This document shows, piece after piece, positions 62,996 to 64,000 of a stretch of 64,000 bases of DNA (position 1 is its first letter; every line of letters begins with the position of its first letter). The notes below the pieces were generated by a model. It saw only the letters and a list, made by a program, of their open reading frames with translations. It did not search any database and was not told the DNA's origin. The DNA lies in contig OZ260662.1 of the NCBI GenBank assembly GCA_965285935.1, positions 82,150,001-82,214,000 of the forward strand, given 5' to 3'. Source of the DNA: Ophelia neglecta (lineage: Eukaryota). The translations under genes were made by a program, and so were the position numbers.

Positions 62996-64000
62996 TCTAT
63001 ATATATTGAAGTTCTATGACCGGTGCCATTAGGTTGATAACAAGGTACTGCGCCAAGTCTCATTTATAAAAGGAGTCCCGTGTTCGTCACTAAGCTAGAT
63101 GGTCTTAGGGTTTAAGTATATAGCCTTTAAAAATTAAAATTGATTTTACAAGAAAGCCGTCTAATGCAACAGAAAACTTATAGGACTTCGCACTACCCAG
63201 TGGGTAGAATAAAAAAAGTTTAAACAGCAAGCCATACAATAGTCTAATATTAATATAAAACAGAGTAGCTGATTTAAACATATGATAATCTGTACTAAAT
63301 GTTGAAAAGACAAGAATTTTCCCTAACGTGAGTATGATCTTGGGTTTTGCCTCTCAATTTCTTGCTGAAACTGTAATCAATGCGTTTTTTCCCATTCTCT
63401 TCAATCACATTTTGTGTCCCCCTCTCACCTGTGGTTTTCAGGCATAGACCGATGACGACAGCAGCTCGCCCTGACGGAAATGAAACGTCGACAAGAGGGC
63501 TCTATAGGAAGCAACATTGTGTTTTGGAGACATTATCAGGCAACACTCACATGAAACTGGCGTAGCCTTATTTAACTGTCACCACCATTTCCTATTTCGT
63601 GGCCTATACTCCGTAACCATCAAGCATTTATTTTGGTAAATAGCGAGAAAGGGGTGTATTTTTTTTCTTTTTGTTACCTGGTTTGAAACTAACACACTTG
63701 CCATGTTATTCTCTAGAGATACTGCCTTAGTAATTTCCACAAACTAAGCCAATTTACCCCGACCCTATTACAGTTATGAAGCCAATTGACATATTAGACA
63801 AGAGGAGCAAAGTTGAGTTCAAGAACAGTGGCCTGAGGACAGAAGCATCGACACCACTGCTGAGGAGCCTTTGAACCCAGGTTTCGTTCTTTTATTTAGG
63901 AACAAGCGCGGTCAACCATTGGCAACCAAGCTTTAATGACAACGCCCAAAGGTAAATGCTTATAGATTTTTGAACCAAAATCTATACAAGGATTACAATG

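Overview
AT-rich, intron-containing eukaryotic (animal, probably marine invertebrate) genomic DNA, not prokaryotic. The window holds a head-to-tail minus-strand array of three paralogous genes for an apparent single-pass type I receptor family. The architecture is signal peptide - SUEL/galactose-rhamnose-type lectin domain (8 Cys) - CUB-like domain - 4-Cys Sushi/CCP-like module - short stalk - TM helix - Tyr-rich cytoplasmic tail. Gene A (59290->48352) lacks its first exon, which is not confidently located. Gene B is complete (24847->6830; 7 exons, 1605 nt, 534 aa, all GT-AG and frame-consistent). Gene C (2774-><1) runs off the left edge and has a near-identical 1238-bp tandem duplication of its phase-symmetric lectin exon. 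A frameshifted, truncated CUB-exon relic lies between B and C. Intergenic and intronic DNA contains a degenerate CR1/L2-type LINE with a 36-bp minisatellite born inside its RT coding sequence, several MITEs, other tandem repeats, candidate cis-regulatory clusters, candidate RNA structures and a strongly over-represented TAGGCCTA palindrome. All calls were made by eye; no database searches were run.
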